A stretch of 57,340 nt of DNA from Octopus sinensis. Its lineage: Eukaryota. The position numbers and the translations under genes are program-made. Shown here in pieces: positions 9,908-21,759 of this stretch; the stretch's first letter is position 1, and the number at the start of each line of letters is the position of its first letter. The notes under the pieces were generated by a model. That model was not told the origin of the DNA. It did no database searches and saw only the letters and a program-made list of their open reading frames with translations. The stretch spans positions 1 through 57,340 of the forward strand of contig NW_021833636.1 in assembly GCF_006345805.1 (NCBI RefSeq). Direction: 5' to 3'.

Positions 9908-10750
9908 CTAGCTGCACCCGTGAAAACTTCACGGGCAGCATAAAAAATGTAAGTAGTGACTTCATTTAATACGTATCGAAAAATTATTGGCATAACTACA
10001 GATGGATACCCTACCGAATTTGTCGCCTCATAAACTCCAGAAAAATAGATACCTTTAACAAATGTTTCAACAAATAATTGGTTAGATCCTGTTGATTGAG
10101 TGTACGTATAGATTTGTTTCAAAAAATTTTCCGGGGGATTGGGGAGAGGAATTTCTGAAAATTCCCATGACCCGATATTTTCCCCCTCATCACTTTCAGG
10201 AAAATGGGTATTTCTAAATTAAATTGTATACAAATACCTTGCAAACGGCAAAGCTTACGATTACTAAAGTCTGGGTGAGTATACCTCTGTACTTATGTCT
10301 AATTATGTATAAGCAGAACCCTTGGAAATTCTACGAAATGCAAATAAAATGTAAGAACCTTCAAAAATAACGACTAATTGCATTGCAGGAAAGTAAATAT
10401 AATGTTCTATAGTGGCTGAGTACCCAGTATATAGAATACAGTAGTTAATTATATTGTAGGACAGAAAAAAGTAATATTCAATATTTGCTGTGGTTATGTA
10501 TCTGATTACTCTGAAAATACTGATAAACATTTAAAAACATAAAATGAACTCAACTCTGTCACTGACTATAAATATACGTCTTTTGCTGAACGCAATTTGT
10601 TTCTCTTTTTCTTTCTGCCTCTTCTTTGAAAGTAACAATAACATCCACAGCTATTTGCTGAGAAAGAGACAGACAAACTGTGGGAGAAAGAGAGTGCGTG
10701 TGTTAAAGAGAGATGCTGACAAACAGATGAACTGTCTACCTACCAGTCTG
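9908..10750 (-). mobile_element. Helitron-derived segment with intact 3' terminus; 5' boundary uncertain
   Basis: 8-bp-stem hairpin cccgtgaa-aac-ttcacggg (9917-9935), followed on the minus strand by gcagCTAG|T at 9908. Confidence 0.6.
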
Positions 10751-10769
10751 TCTGTCAACAGACATAATA

Positions 10770-10822
10770 GGTAGATAGACAGTCAGATAGATAGAGAGAG
10801 AGAGAGATACATAGATAGATAC

Positions 10823-10906
<84 letters not shown>

Positions 10907-10980
10907 GTAAGTAGGTTGGTAAGTCGGTTGGTAGGTCGGTTGGTAGGTAGGTAGGCTGGTAGGTAGGTACATAGATAGGC
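10770..10980. repeat. (GATA)n grading into (GGTA/GGTT)n
   Basis: Direct reading. Confidence 0.95.
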
Positions 10981-11237
10981 AAAATTTCTGTTGGCAAGTT
11001 CGTACATTCAAAGGTTTTTATCGTATAACGTCCAAACCGAAAAGTTTTCCAGCATTTACTCCATGAGAATGATTTCACTCTCTTTCACTTTTATTCTCTA
11101 TCCACTCCCTTCGTTCACTCAATCTATCTCTTTCTGTCCCCCCTCCCTTTTTAAAGGTAGGCTTAAGTATTAATACAATAATTAAATGACGTGATCATTT
11201 CTGCAGATTATTGTTGCCTATCGCATACAGCAGCAAT

Positions 11238-11518
11238 ATGCTTCCTCAAGTCTTAGAAGCGGAGATCTGTACTGGTCCAGGAGAGGAGGAAAGAGTTTTA
11301 ATCCCAGGAATCCCTTTAATTCCTCCAGATCTTCCTTTTGAGTTCAAAAGTCCCAAGCACAATCATTGAAATTAAATGGGTTTCACCTGATGGAACTCAG
11401 CTTTTCCCACGGCCAGATCTATGCTGGTTGTTTAAGGGTCGGGAATGGAGAAAAGCTATTTGTGACGCCCCCGAATGGGAAGGTCAAAAATGTTGTTTAT
11501 TATGCCGCTCTGCAATCA
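11238..11518 (+). pseudogene. Helitron PIF1-like helicase C-terminal remnant with an internal deletion
   Basis: VLEAEICTGPGEEERVLIPGIPLIPPDLPFEFK / SQAQSLKLNGFHL..FSHGQIYAGCLRVG..LFV..PNGKVKNVVY; the usual RLQFPVRLAFAMTIN segment is missing. Confidence 0.85.
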
Positions 11519-11533
11519 TTCTTTTCATGAAAA

Positions 11534-11913
11534 CTAGCAGTATCGCCCGGCGTTGCTCAGGTTTGTAAGGGAAATAACTATAAAGCATTTTTAGAGAGTT
11601 ATAGCCAAAAATAGCAAAAAAATGGAAAAAAAATGAATGGTAAATTTTTTTTTGAGAGTAAAAAAGTTTGAGTTGCGTCCCTAGACAGTCTGTGGTTTAT
11701 TTTTTTTGATTCTCGACCCCATGTCGAATTATCGATTTTTTTCAGAACTGGGGGAACTTTTCAAAATTTTCGCTGCGTTAGTTTTGAATTATGACATTGG
11801 GCTATGTGTGTGTCAAGTTTCATCAGAATCGGTTGAAAGCCGTGGTCAGAGTGAGGGTACGAGAAACAGACACACAGAAACCACGCACAGACAAACTGCC
11901 GTTTATATATAGA
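11534..11913 (-). mobile_element. Complete non-autonomous Helitron (380 bp), same 3' end as 8005-8517
   Basis: A|TC start at 11913; CTAG|T end at 11534; shared actagcagtatcgcccgg..gttgctc.ggtttgtaagggaaataacta. Confidence 0.85.
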
Positions 11914-11940
11914 TATATATATATATATTATATATATATA

Positions 11941-12115
11941 GTTGGAATTTACAAAAATAAAAAGAAGAGGAAGGCAAGTATGTAAACGACAAATAGGCAA
12001 ATAGGTGTATTAGTTTAACGTTCAGGAAAGTGAGAATGTTGTTTACGTTTCGAGCACACGCTTTTCAACAGAAAAGAACACGATACAATAATATGAGAGA
12101 GAATAAAGAAAGCTT
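11941..12115 (-). mobile_element. PLE 3'-end fragment with a degenerate hammerhead (12041-12075), ending at (TA)n
   Basis: Minus strand: CTGTTGA-a-aagc-gtgt-gctc-GAAAC-GTA, then tttcctgaacg as in the pLTR, ending ~105 nt later at the TA run. Confidence 0.6.
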
Positions 12116-12544
12116 TAGTGGCTAGCGGTGAATCATATATATACATATATGTGTATGCGTGTGTGTGCGTGTGTCTGTGTGTGTATGTATGTATGTATCT
12201 ATGTATGTATGTATACGTATATCATTATATATATGTATATATATACATATATATTTACACACACACACATATATATACACATCCATATATATATATATAT
12301 ATATATATATCTGTATTCATATATATATGTGTGTGTATGCGTGTGTGTGTGTTTTCTTTTTTCTCTCAGTTAAGTTTCTATTTTCTGCATATTATAAAGC
12401 ATTGCAGAGACCGTTGAACTTCTCATATATAAATCTTTGTACAAAATCCTTCTTTCCTGAAGAATATCGTTCTTAATTCTGATTAGAGCTGAAAAAAAAG
12501 AAGAAAAGACAAAACATTCAGCAAAAATTTCTTAGTGTAATGAT

Positions 12545-12825
12545 GATGGGGAAAGTGTGATGCTGGTGTTTGTGCTGGTGGTGATTGTATCATTGTTGCT
12601 GTTGTTTGGGGTGGTGGTGGCGGCGATGGTGATGCTGATGGTCGTGGTGGTGATTGAGTCATTTTTGGCCGTGTGGCTGGCTCCAGTGCTGGTACTGATC
12701 ACGCTGGTGATGCTGATTATTACGATTGCGTCAATGGTTGTGATGTTTCCAGTGATGATTATGGTGGTTGCGATCATTATGTTGTTGATGATGTTAGTTA
12801 TGATAGTGCTGCTGCTGATGTAGAT
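12545..12825. repeat. Cryptic (GAT/GGT/GCT) triplet low-complexity tract
   Basis: Degenerate triplet periodicity; the His/Gln frame on the minus strand contains stops. Confidence 0.8.
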
Positions 12826-12901
12826 CCTGATTGAGCAGACGTTCGTTCAAAATCGATCTTGACGAATTCTTCGCATTTCATTTCTCGTTTATAAACTTTC
12901 C
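12798..12901 (-). CDS. Candidate terminal coding exon of an unidentified gene
   Basis: Acceptor tattttatattttag|GG, then (G)KVYKREMKCEEFVKIDFERTSAQSGSTSAAALS*; unique sequence; no homology recognised. Confidence 0.3.
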
Positions 12902-13049
12902 CTAAAATATAAAATATATCATATACATAATTCATTTGCTTTCTCAAAATGTACAATGTACGCTAAGAGATATTTGGTTTCTATTTCTAGCACACTTATA
13001 GGTCAATTCTCCACGTCGCATTTGAGGTAAAGTAATGTTTGCTGTGGAG

Positions 13050-13260
13050 CAGGGGTTCTCAACCATTTTTTAATCTATGGACCCGTTTGATTACTCTTCT
13101 ATTCTGGTAGACCCCCATAGTGATTTGATGCTTAAAAACTAGTTTTATAGAAGCCTCTTTCAAAATTCCTACTTTGTTTTTTACACATTACCTTGTACCG
13201 TTCGAACTATGTAAAAATGCTTGATAAAGAAACTTAGCTATTTTTTGCAACACATACCAA
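13050..13260. mobile_element. hAT (Charlie-like) non-autonomous remnant
   Basis: Terminal motif CAGGGGTTCTCAACC at 13050; the other end was not found. Confidence 0.45.
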
Positions 13261-13284
13261 TAAAAAAAATACGATAAACGTCGC

Positions 13285-13566
13285 CCTTTTCAAGCCTAGC
13301 CAGACTCATAGACCCGGTTTCTCAGTTTCTGTAGAGTTCATCCCAGCTGGACGGGACGCCAGTCTATCGCAGCGTTACTCAAGAAACAGGAATAGAAAGT
13401 TGTGGCACAAGAGTACAACAGGGATCTCCACAATCCCCTACCGTAGCCTTGTGGAGCTTTTAGGTGTTTTCGCTGAATAAACACACAACGCCCGGTCTGG
13501 GATTCGAAACCGCGATCCTCCGACCGCGAGTCTGCTGCTCTAACCACTGGGCCATTGCGGCTCCAC
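13285..13566 (-). mobile_element. SINE family C (tRNA head gtggaggcgcaatggcccagtggttag...) with tail type iv
   Basis: A-box and B-box (ggtttcgaatcc) head at 13480-13566; tail ctggacgggacgccagtc like 39134 and 52400. Confidence 0.75.
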
Positions 13567-14137
13567 AATACATAACAATACTTACATCTAAAGCAAAATT
13601 TTTTTCAGTGAGTCTTAGAATACTATTGTGGATTCCCAAATTACTGTTTCGTTGTTTGGGCTTCATAAATCACAGCTGCAGAAAGGATGTTATAATATTA
13701 CTGTCTCGAAAAATTTCCCTCTAAGCATAATCCTTTCAGATTTCTTTAATAATAATAATAACCAGTCCTCACTCAGATAAAATGAGATACAATTTGAGAC
13801 AACATTATATTTCATAGTATCGGCTCTGTTATTTGACATGAATTTTACTCTGGACAATGGAAAACTGGCGAAGTGATTTTTAATATTCTATAGCGGGCAT
13901 GGGTGATCTTTATCGAGAAGTGCACTGCATGAAACAGGGCTCATTATTGGTAGGCCGCAGTTTGCGCACGGTTTCTCTATAGTATTTCAACATCAATTTT
14001 GCCTTTTACACTGTACATTGTTACACGTTAGCATTACTTGTAATAACAGCAGTTAAAATAGTAGGAAGGGATAAAAATAACTCCATATTGACGGTACTAA
14101 TAACGGGAATATTAGCAAGACACGCAGTAAGTTACTC

Positions 14138-14400
14138 ATACTCTTTACTCTTTTTACTCTTTTACTTGTTTCATTCATTTGACTGTGGCCATGCTGGAGC
14201 ACCGCCTTTAGTCGAGTAAATTGACACCAGGACATGTACTTTGTAAGCCTAGTACTTATTCTATCGGTCTCTTTTGCCGAACCGCTTTGGTCGGCCCAAG
14301 GCTATAGTAGAAGACACTTGCCCAAAGTGCCACGAGGTGGGACTGAACCCAAAACCATGTGGTTGGTAAGCAATTTGCTTACCACACAGCCACTCTTACA
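14138..14400 (-). mobile_element. Family A SINE with internal deletion
   Basis: Tail and head present; the middle microsatellite module is missing. Confidence 0.8.
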
Positions 14401-14761
14401 CGTGCTCCTATATGTAGCAGCAGGTTTCAGGAACTAAGGAAATAAATGTCACAAGAATGAAACAGAGAAATATTATTCAAAGGAAAATGTTGTGAAGAAA
14501 AAGTTACAGAAATATCTGTCACTTCAAATCATAAACAAATGATTGATACAACGGAAATTTTGTATTATGTAAAATATTGAAACACAAGGTAACAAACGAA
14601 GAAACATGTTAATTCAAAATCTGTGTTTTTCAGTGTGTTGAATTCAAGTACTGGTGTATAAACCATCTTCATGTATTACTTGATTATTTTAACTAGAATT
14701 AATTATTTAATTATATGTTAATGAAGCGTGACATTTTCTGTTGTAAATGTTTGACACAGGG

Positions 14762-14900
14762 GAAAATGTGGCTGTGTGGTAAGAAGTCTGCTTCCAAACC
14801 ACATGATTCCGGATTCAGTTCCACTGTATGGCACCTTCAACGAATGTCCTCTGCTATAGATTCTGTCCGAACAAATTCTTGTGAGTGGATTTGTTGGGCG
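14762..14900 (+). mobile_element. Family A SINE head
   Basis: gtggctgtgtggtaagaagtctgcttccaaaccacatg..gggttcag-like tRNA head. Confidence 0.7.
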
Positions 14901-14908
14901 TATATATA

Positions 14909-14941
<33 letters not shown>

Positions 14942-15120
14942 ATATGTATGTATGTATGTGTGTGTCTGTGTGTGTAAAATTAAACGAAGCCACAAAAGAC
15001 ACACAGATGCTTATATACATTATGGACAGCAAAAATTGAGAATGATATTGGATCAACAGACTTTGTCTAATATGGTGTTATCAATAAAAAGACGGTAAAC
15101 CTGTCGCGGGGAGTGGAAAA

Positions 15121-15156
15121 TCCAACGCTTCGGACAGAGTCCTTCTTCAGGATGGA
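15121..15156 (-). ncRNA. Isolated PLE-type hammerhead remnant of a different family (GAAA mutated to GAAG)
   Basis: Minus strand: catc-CTGAAGA-a-GGAC-tct-GTCC-GAAGC-GTT; stem II perfect, stem I poor. Confidence 0.55.
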
Positions 15157-15569
15157 GTTGACACTCATATACTTCTGCATAATTTGCAGCCATTTTTTCT
15201 TTTGTTCTTTTCACTCAGAGGATTATAGATGCTGATGTTTCCCATTAATATCTCTCCTTCCAAAATTTTGGACATTCCTCTCACCATATCGAGTTTACTA
15301 CATTTTTAAAAATCGTTTTTGAGAATTACAATATACTCCTTAACGAACACCATCAACCTCATTGAATTCTATTTTATCATAACGTGTTATTAGTTTATGT
15401 CATCAATGGAAAAGAAGAGTGACGTGATATTTCGGAAATTTCATGAATTCATTCATTACTTCGTCAGACGAAAAGTGAGCGAGGAGCAATATGACCTGGA
15501 AACAGAGGTATCATTCGTATATTCATTCATATATATGGGCGTGTATGTATATATATATATATATATATA

Positions 15570-15854
15570 TCACGTGATCACGTGACCGACCAGTCCATCA
15601 GATGTAGTTACACATCGCTGGTCACAATGCGTTCGCATTGTTTTAGCCTTCGAATGACGCCACCCCGATGGCTAAGCGAGCAAGCCAACAGAAGAAAGAA
15701 TTGGAGAAAGAGTGGTGAAAGAGTACAGCAGGGATCACCACCCACTATCTGGTTTTCGCTCAATAAACACTCACAATGAACGGTCTGGGAATCGAAACCG
15801 CGATCCTACGACCGCGAGTCCGCTGCCCTAACCACTGGGCCATTGCGCCTCCAC
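15570..15854 (-). mobile_element. SINE family C with tail type ii, ending in the palindrome tcacgtgatcacgtga at (TA)n
   Basis: Head at 15780-15854; tail shared with 29735, 30872 and 49510. Confidence 0.85.
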
Positions 15855-15855
15855 G

Positions 15856-15892
<37 letters not shown>

Positions 15893-16115
15893 TTTTATTC
15901 TATTCTTTTACTGGTTTCAGTAATTGACTGTGGCGTGGCGGTACTCCAGTATAGCCGCAGTCAAAGAACTGAAATCAGTGAAAGAATAATAATAAGAGTA
16001 CAAAAGAATGTGTGTGTATATATATATATATATATAATATATATATATATTATATATATTGGATATAAAATTACTATTTGTAAATCAACGAGAGATACTC
16101 AGCAACAGTAATCTA

Positions 16116-16328
16116 GTAAAGATTATTTGCCAGCACAACATGGCATTGCTTGTTTAGGACGAATGTTGCTGTAACTTAGCTCCAGGAGGCATCACCTCCA
16201 GCTGGCTGTAAGGACACAGATCGTGTCGTATTGCTAGCTGGGGACGATATCTCATGGGGCTAAATTACAGCAATATTCGTCCTAAACCAGGACTGCCATG
16301 TTATGTAACGTCGGCAAATAATCTTTAC
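16116..16328. mobile_element. Foldback element / MITE: ~213-bp imperfect palindrome
   Basis: Arms of ~90 bp (gtaaagattatttgcc...ccagctggc versus gctagctggg...ggcaaataatctttac) are ~80% complementary around a ~25-nt spacer. Confidence 0.8.
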
Positions 16329-16347
16329 TTCCCCTCTCTCTCTCAAC

Positions 16348-16379
<32 letters not shown>

Positions 16380-16458
16380 ATATATGTATCTATGTATATA
16401 TATATATAATATATATATATATTATATATATATATATATAATATATATATATATATAT

Positions 16459-16498
<40 letters not shown>

Positions 16499-16501
16499 TA
16501 T

Positions 16502-16722
16502 TAAGAACCAACTTACTTAGAAATGGATGCGTGCGTTCCGTCATATAACAAATTAATAAATAAAACATAAGCATATACACATACATATATGTACGTACCT
16601 TCATCTACATGTATATATACATGCATATATGCATACACGACACCACAAGAAAAAAAACTTCGAACACAATGAGAAACGAAAACATAAACACAAAGCCGAG
16701 GAAATGGACATTTTTTCTGTTA
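16502..16722 (-). repeat. Dispersed repeat family F, flanked by TA arrays (homologous to 56445-56790)
   Basis: Shared cgaacacaatgagaaacgaaaacataaacacaaa..gaaatggacatttt. Confidence 0.8.
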
Positions 16723-16728
16723 TATATG

Positions 16729-16760
<32 letters not shown>

Positions 16761-19274
16761 CTGATATCCGTTTCTATTTTAACCACAATGGTTTCCATTC
16801 AGATATTCTGGACATCCAGTTGACGATACAACTTGAATGATCATTGAAGTTCTTACTGAAGAATATATGTCGTTTCAAAATGCAAACTTCTATAAAATAT
16901 CAACCCGTGGTTGCCTATTGATTAAATGTGACTTAATGTAACAGACAAGGAGCACTAAATCAAGAAATATATCAACTTAATTCAAATTTATGATGAATAT
17001 TTTGCATTTTAGATAGATCAAGTTATAATTTATTATAGCGACCTATGAAATACCATAAACGAGGACATCTGTTGGTAGTATAATTTATAACTATGTATGC
17101 AATGAATATTTCATTTTGAACCGACATTTTATCGGAAATAGTTTTGAATATTCTGAAGTTAATAATCAATACACTGTATTCAAAAACTCTAAGTTCATTT
17201 TCTATGGCCGGATTTTGAAATTAATGACACTCTCGTATGTTAATATCAAAGCGCTAAACTTTAGTAACATTACAGGTATAGCAACTACAAAGAGAGAGTC
17301 GGAAAGAATTCATAACAATATACGTTAAAATATCATAATTTCAATATCATTTGAAGTTGATCCTCAAAAAAAATATCAAAAGAAGTACGAGAATAATTTG
17401 ACTATAAGGGAAATGATACAGTATTTAACAGGAAGACTATAGTCAATTAAATGAAACTTGGTACATATATTTTCGATGAACGGAAGGATGAAATACAAAG
17501 TCAATTATATCAAGTGTTGAAATAAAGATTAACGGTATACATGGAGGGGCTACAAATAAAGTTCTATAACAAGATTTAGGACAAAAGCGTTATAGAACAA
17601 TTAAGTGGACATGTTATAAATCTGACATGATTTGTGCAAAGCATGAATAGGTAAGTGTATAAAAATATTGTTTATCTATGAGCAAAAATATTGTTGTATC
17701 TATGAGCATCAAACTAAAATGAAACATTTAGCAGCAAAATTTAAAATAAGGATGTGTATGTTTATATTTAACGTGTTCATTTACACTGAAATGATGGACG
17801 TTGTTCACTGCGGTATTTGCCCCAGATAAAATAACCCCTTTATATTAATAATCTGAGTGTTCATGTCACAGTTTGGTGAAGCTATGGTCGTCAAAACTTC
17901 GAAATCATTGTCAAATATATTTGTATTCAATAGTTGATGCAACTCAGGCATTCAGTACTATATCAGATATTTTCACTATGTAAACTGCATTATAACTTCA
18001 TCATTATGACATATGTGCGTGTGTAAGTATCTGCATGTTGGTATGAATACGTATGTACTTGTAGAGAGAGTAGGGGGAGGGATAAAGGGAGGAAGTTAAA
18101 GAGAGAAATATGTTCGTACAATTTATTTCTATTAACAAGTGCTCCGAACCTTCTTAGAATTGATATATTTCAAAATTATTTCGTATCTAAACAATACAGC
18201 TGGGTCTATTAATTAGGAATTGTGTTTTAAATTGAAGCCTTGTATATTCAATTTTTAATTTGCAAAGTCATAATGGAAAAGGCGTTCAGGTATAATACGA
18301 TGTGATATCAAATAAATAAGTAAGTAGATAAATATGATGGACTTTATATATAATATATATTTACATTAACTTGCACTCCATTCATGATGATTTTCCTATA
18401 AGTCCGATACTTAATTATAAATAAAGGGCACTTATCACTTTTAACTCTACTGGAAGAGAAAATCATTTCAGAAACCCATTATCGTGTTGCTTGGATTCGT
18501 TTTCTACGCATTATCGATATAATTATCAGGGATGTATATGACAAAAACTACAATATGTAGAAGTAATTAAAAGTTAATTACAGTTTTAGAAAACATGTGG
18601 TTAAAATATTGACGTAGTTCTGTACGAATTAATTATTCGTTAAGCGTTATATTCGTTTGGCTTTCAATTCAAATCGATAAATGGTTTTCGCTTTCATTTT
18701 CCTGTTGATATTTAAATCTTATTATTCTTTCTGTTTTATTTCGCCAGCAACTATAATTTACCTTGCAAAATTCAAATCATTAATAGTATTAAATTAATTA
18801 ATACACTTGAAATACTTTTCAGTGTATTTCTGATATTCAAACTTATACAAGATGAAGGAGTGTTAAATATTTTAAATGTTCTAAAGGATATGTAGACTGA
18901 AACGTGATAATCTTCTCAACGGTGAATAAGGTAAATAAACTCAGATGACCTTAACTGTAGATGTTTACTAAAGAAGAGGAAATTTACGAAATAACTGGAC
19001 ATTTACGTAAAATATCAATCAATCTTCTAAGAAATGTGTTAAGGGACAAGTTCGTTAACCTCCGTAATCCAGCCTTTACTGAGTGATAGAATGTCATTTA
19101 TGTATTCAGCCATGTATTCAGCCATGTATCCGGTATTGATAACATGTAGCACAAGACAAAGCGATTCAACAGCGAGAAGAAATAAATCTTATCTAAAGTT
19201 TTGACAACTTTAAGAAATTTTTTTTTAAAAGATAAACAGATTATTGTTTACGTTTTTATTTTATATTTATACAT

Positions 19275-19470
19275 TATCCACTCCAGGTACTGGGCTGTAG
19301 CCATGCTGGGACAACGACTCGAAGGGTCTTAGTTAAGCATATTGACCTCGGTACATTTCCCTTTTTTTATTAATCTGGTACTTATTTAACCAAATCACTA
19401 TGTTCGGGGTCGGAGGTAAACAAACCAATATCGATTGTCAAGTAGTGAGGGACAAACACAATCAAGCAGG
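19275..19470 (-). mobile_element. Old family A SINE 3' half
   Basis: ctgtagccatgctggg...attgacc...tacttatt...gggacaaacaca. Confidence 0.55.
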
Positions 19471-19640
19471 CACGCACAAATACACACTCATACATATATA
19501 TATATATAGATACATGCATACATATATTTATAGATATTATAACTTAACAGGAAAACACATTAATGATGTGTGTGTACATCTGCATACTGACATACACACA
19601 CAAACACACACACATATATGCATACAGAAATGTATATATG

Positions 19641-19740
<100 letters not shown>

Positions 19741-20266
19741 GACATACACACACATACACATATATATATATAGATAATTATATAGATATATAATTACATA
19801 TATGCATGTACGTACGTATGTATGCATATATATGCTCGTATACATATATATTTTATGTCGCAACACTGGATACTTCTAATCGGCAACGCGCGGTATTGTG
19901 ACTGAAGCAAATCGACGACAGCTGTGAATCTCTGATTGATATTTGGCATCGCTTTTTTATCATATCGTTATTTCAAGGGGCCAAGAAGCGTATGATGTAG
20001 CTCGAACTATTAGAGACAGTATATGTATTTCATGTGCTCTTCTTAACACACAGAGCTTCGGAAAGCAACAGTTTACTCACGAATGCATTACATTTCAATA
20101 TCATCTGTTTGAATTAGAAAGACCGAATCTACGTAACAAGGCAATGCACTGGAACAGAACCCGAAGACACTACCTTGTCGAAGCAAACTACACGCCTGTG
20201 AGTAGTTTAAGACAGTCATGCCAAGTATACACTTGTAGTTGTATTTGTAAGTATGTAGGTATACGT

Positions 20267-20303
<37 letters not shown>

Positions 20304-21759
20304 CATGTATATATACATATATATTACACACACACACAAATTCATACATACATACATGTATGCATGCATACATACATATAAGTATGCATCTCCCTCTCTC
20401 TCTTTATACTATATATATATATGTAGGAATGTATGCTTGTATCTCTTATTATAAAAGGCAGATTTTATCTGCCTCCCTTTGTCAGTTATAGAAATCTACA
20501 ATATAGGATTTCTTCAATTACAATTTACCTAGCATTTTTAAGAGTAGAATGCATCGGGTTTTGCCAGGTCCGGTTTTTAAAATTTCAACCCCAATTAAGC
20601 AAAATTTACAGAAAACTCACATTCTGGTGTGTATGTCAAATGCTTTTCTTAATGTGGTTTACACCACACGCAAACGCACACACACAGTGTGCAACGAATA
20701 AAATGAAAGTAATTGGAAGAGAGTAAATAGCGACAGAGTGATTTGAGGAAGACTAAACTGAAAGTATTTAAACCACTACTCAAAAATAAAAAAACACAGC
20801 AAACAGAAACAAATAAATACATAACGATTTACTCCTCACACAATTTCTTCAATTAGAGTTTACCTAAGATTTTTCAAAGTACTCCATTCGGTCATGCCAT
20901 AATATATTTCTTTCAATTTCACCCCCATTAAGACAAAATTCGAGAAACTCAATATTTTAACATTTCACTCCGAAAGCATTGATGTACATGTGTGCGTGCG
21001 TTAGTGTGTGTGTGTGGTGTGTGTGTTTGTTTGATGGTTGTGCGACACAGAAAGTGTGGTGTGTAAGTGAAGTGCTTTTGTTAGTGTGTGTAAAGAGACA
21101 GACAGAGTGAAACAGAAATAACTGAACTTTTTTATTCACTTTTTGTAGTGAGTGACTGAGAGAGAAAAGAGAGAGAGAGGTTATGTATGTATATATGTAT
21201 GTATGGCTTCAGTGACACACACGCACAAAAACACATACCTACGTACACCTAAAGCACGCACACACACACACACACACAAGCGGAGCGCGAACTTCAAAAT
21301 TTTGGTAGTATTAATTTGCGAGCGTACTTCTAAGCGCGCGTAATTGAAAGTTTTCACTATGATATCATCACGTGCGAAAAAATTCGAAGGGTTTTGAACA
21401 ATTGAGATACAGATGTCACGCCTGTATTGAAACCATTGCTAAGCTGCCGTAATTGCTTAATTAAGACTTTGTTTAAATGAAAGGGGCAAATATGTGACGA
21501 GGTTGAAAAAAAATACCCCAGAAAAAAAAATGTACTGCTGGTATTTTATAATTCACTACTATTTTGCTACAATGTCATGAAAAAGAAAAAATTTAGGTAT
21601 GTAAATCGAATTCGCCACCCCCTTTTCCCCGTTCGCGTTTGTGTAAAAAAAATTATTATTTAAGTTTTAAAATTATTTACTTTGTTCAAAAAATATTAAT
21701 ATTAATTAATTTCAAGAATTATTTAATTTTATTCTGTAAAATAGTAATTAATTCATTTA

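Noticed and set aside
12532-12777. Thr-rich mucin-like ORF
   Set aside because: Cryptic triplet repeat; its frame is closed upstream and no splice acceptor leads into it.
16784-16855. Joining this 72-nt segment to the 12901 exon gives GCPEYLNGNHCGKVYKREMKCEEF, loosely like a C-type lectin start
   Set aside because: The donor GTTAAA is weak, key Trp/Tyr residues are absent, and a competing 33-nt exon (16858-16890) uses the same site; no identity can be claimed.
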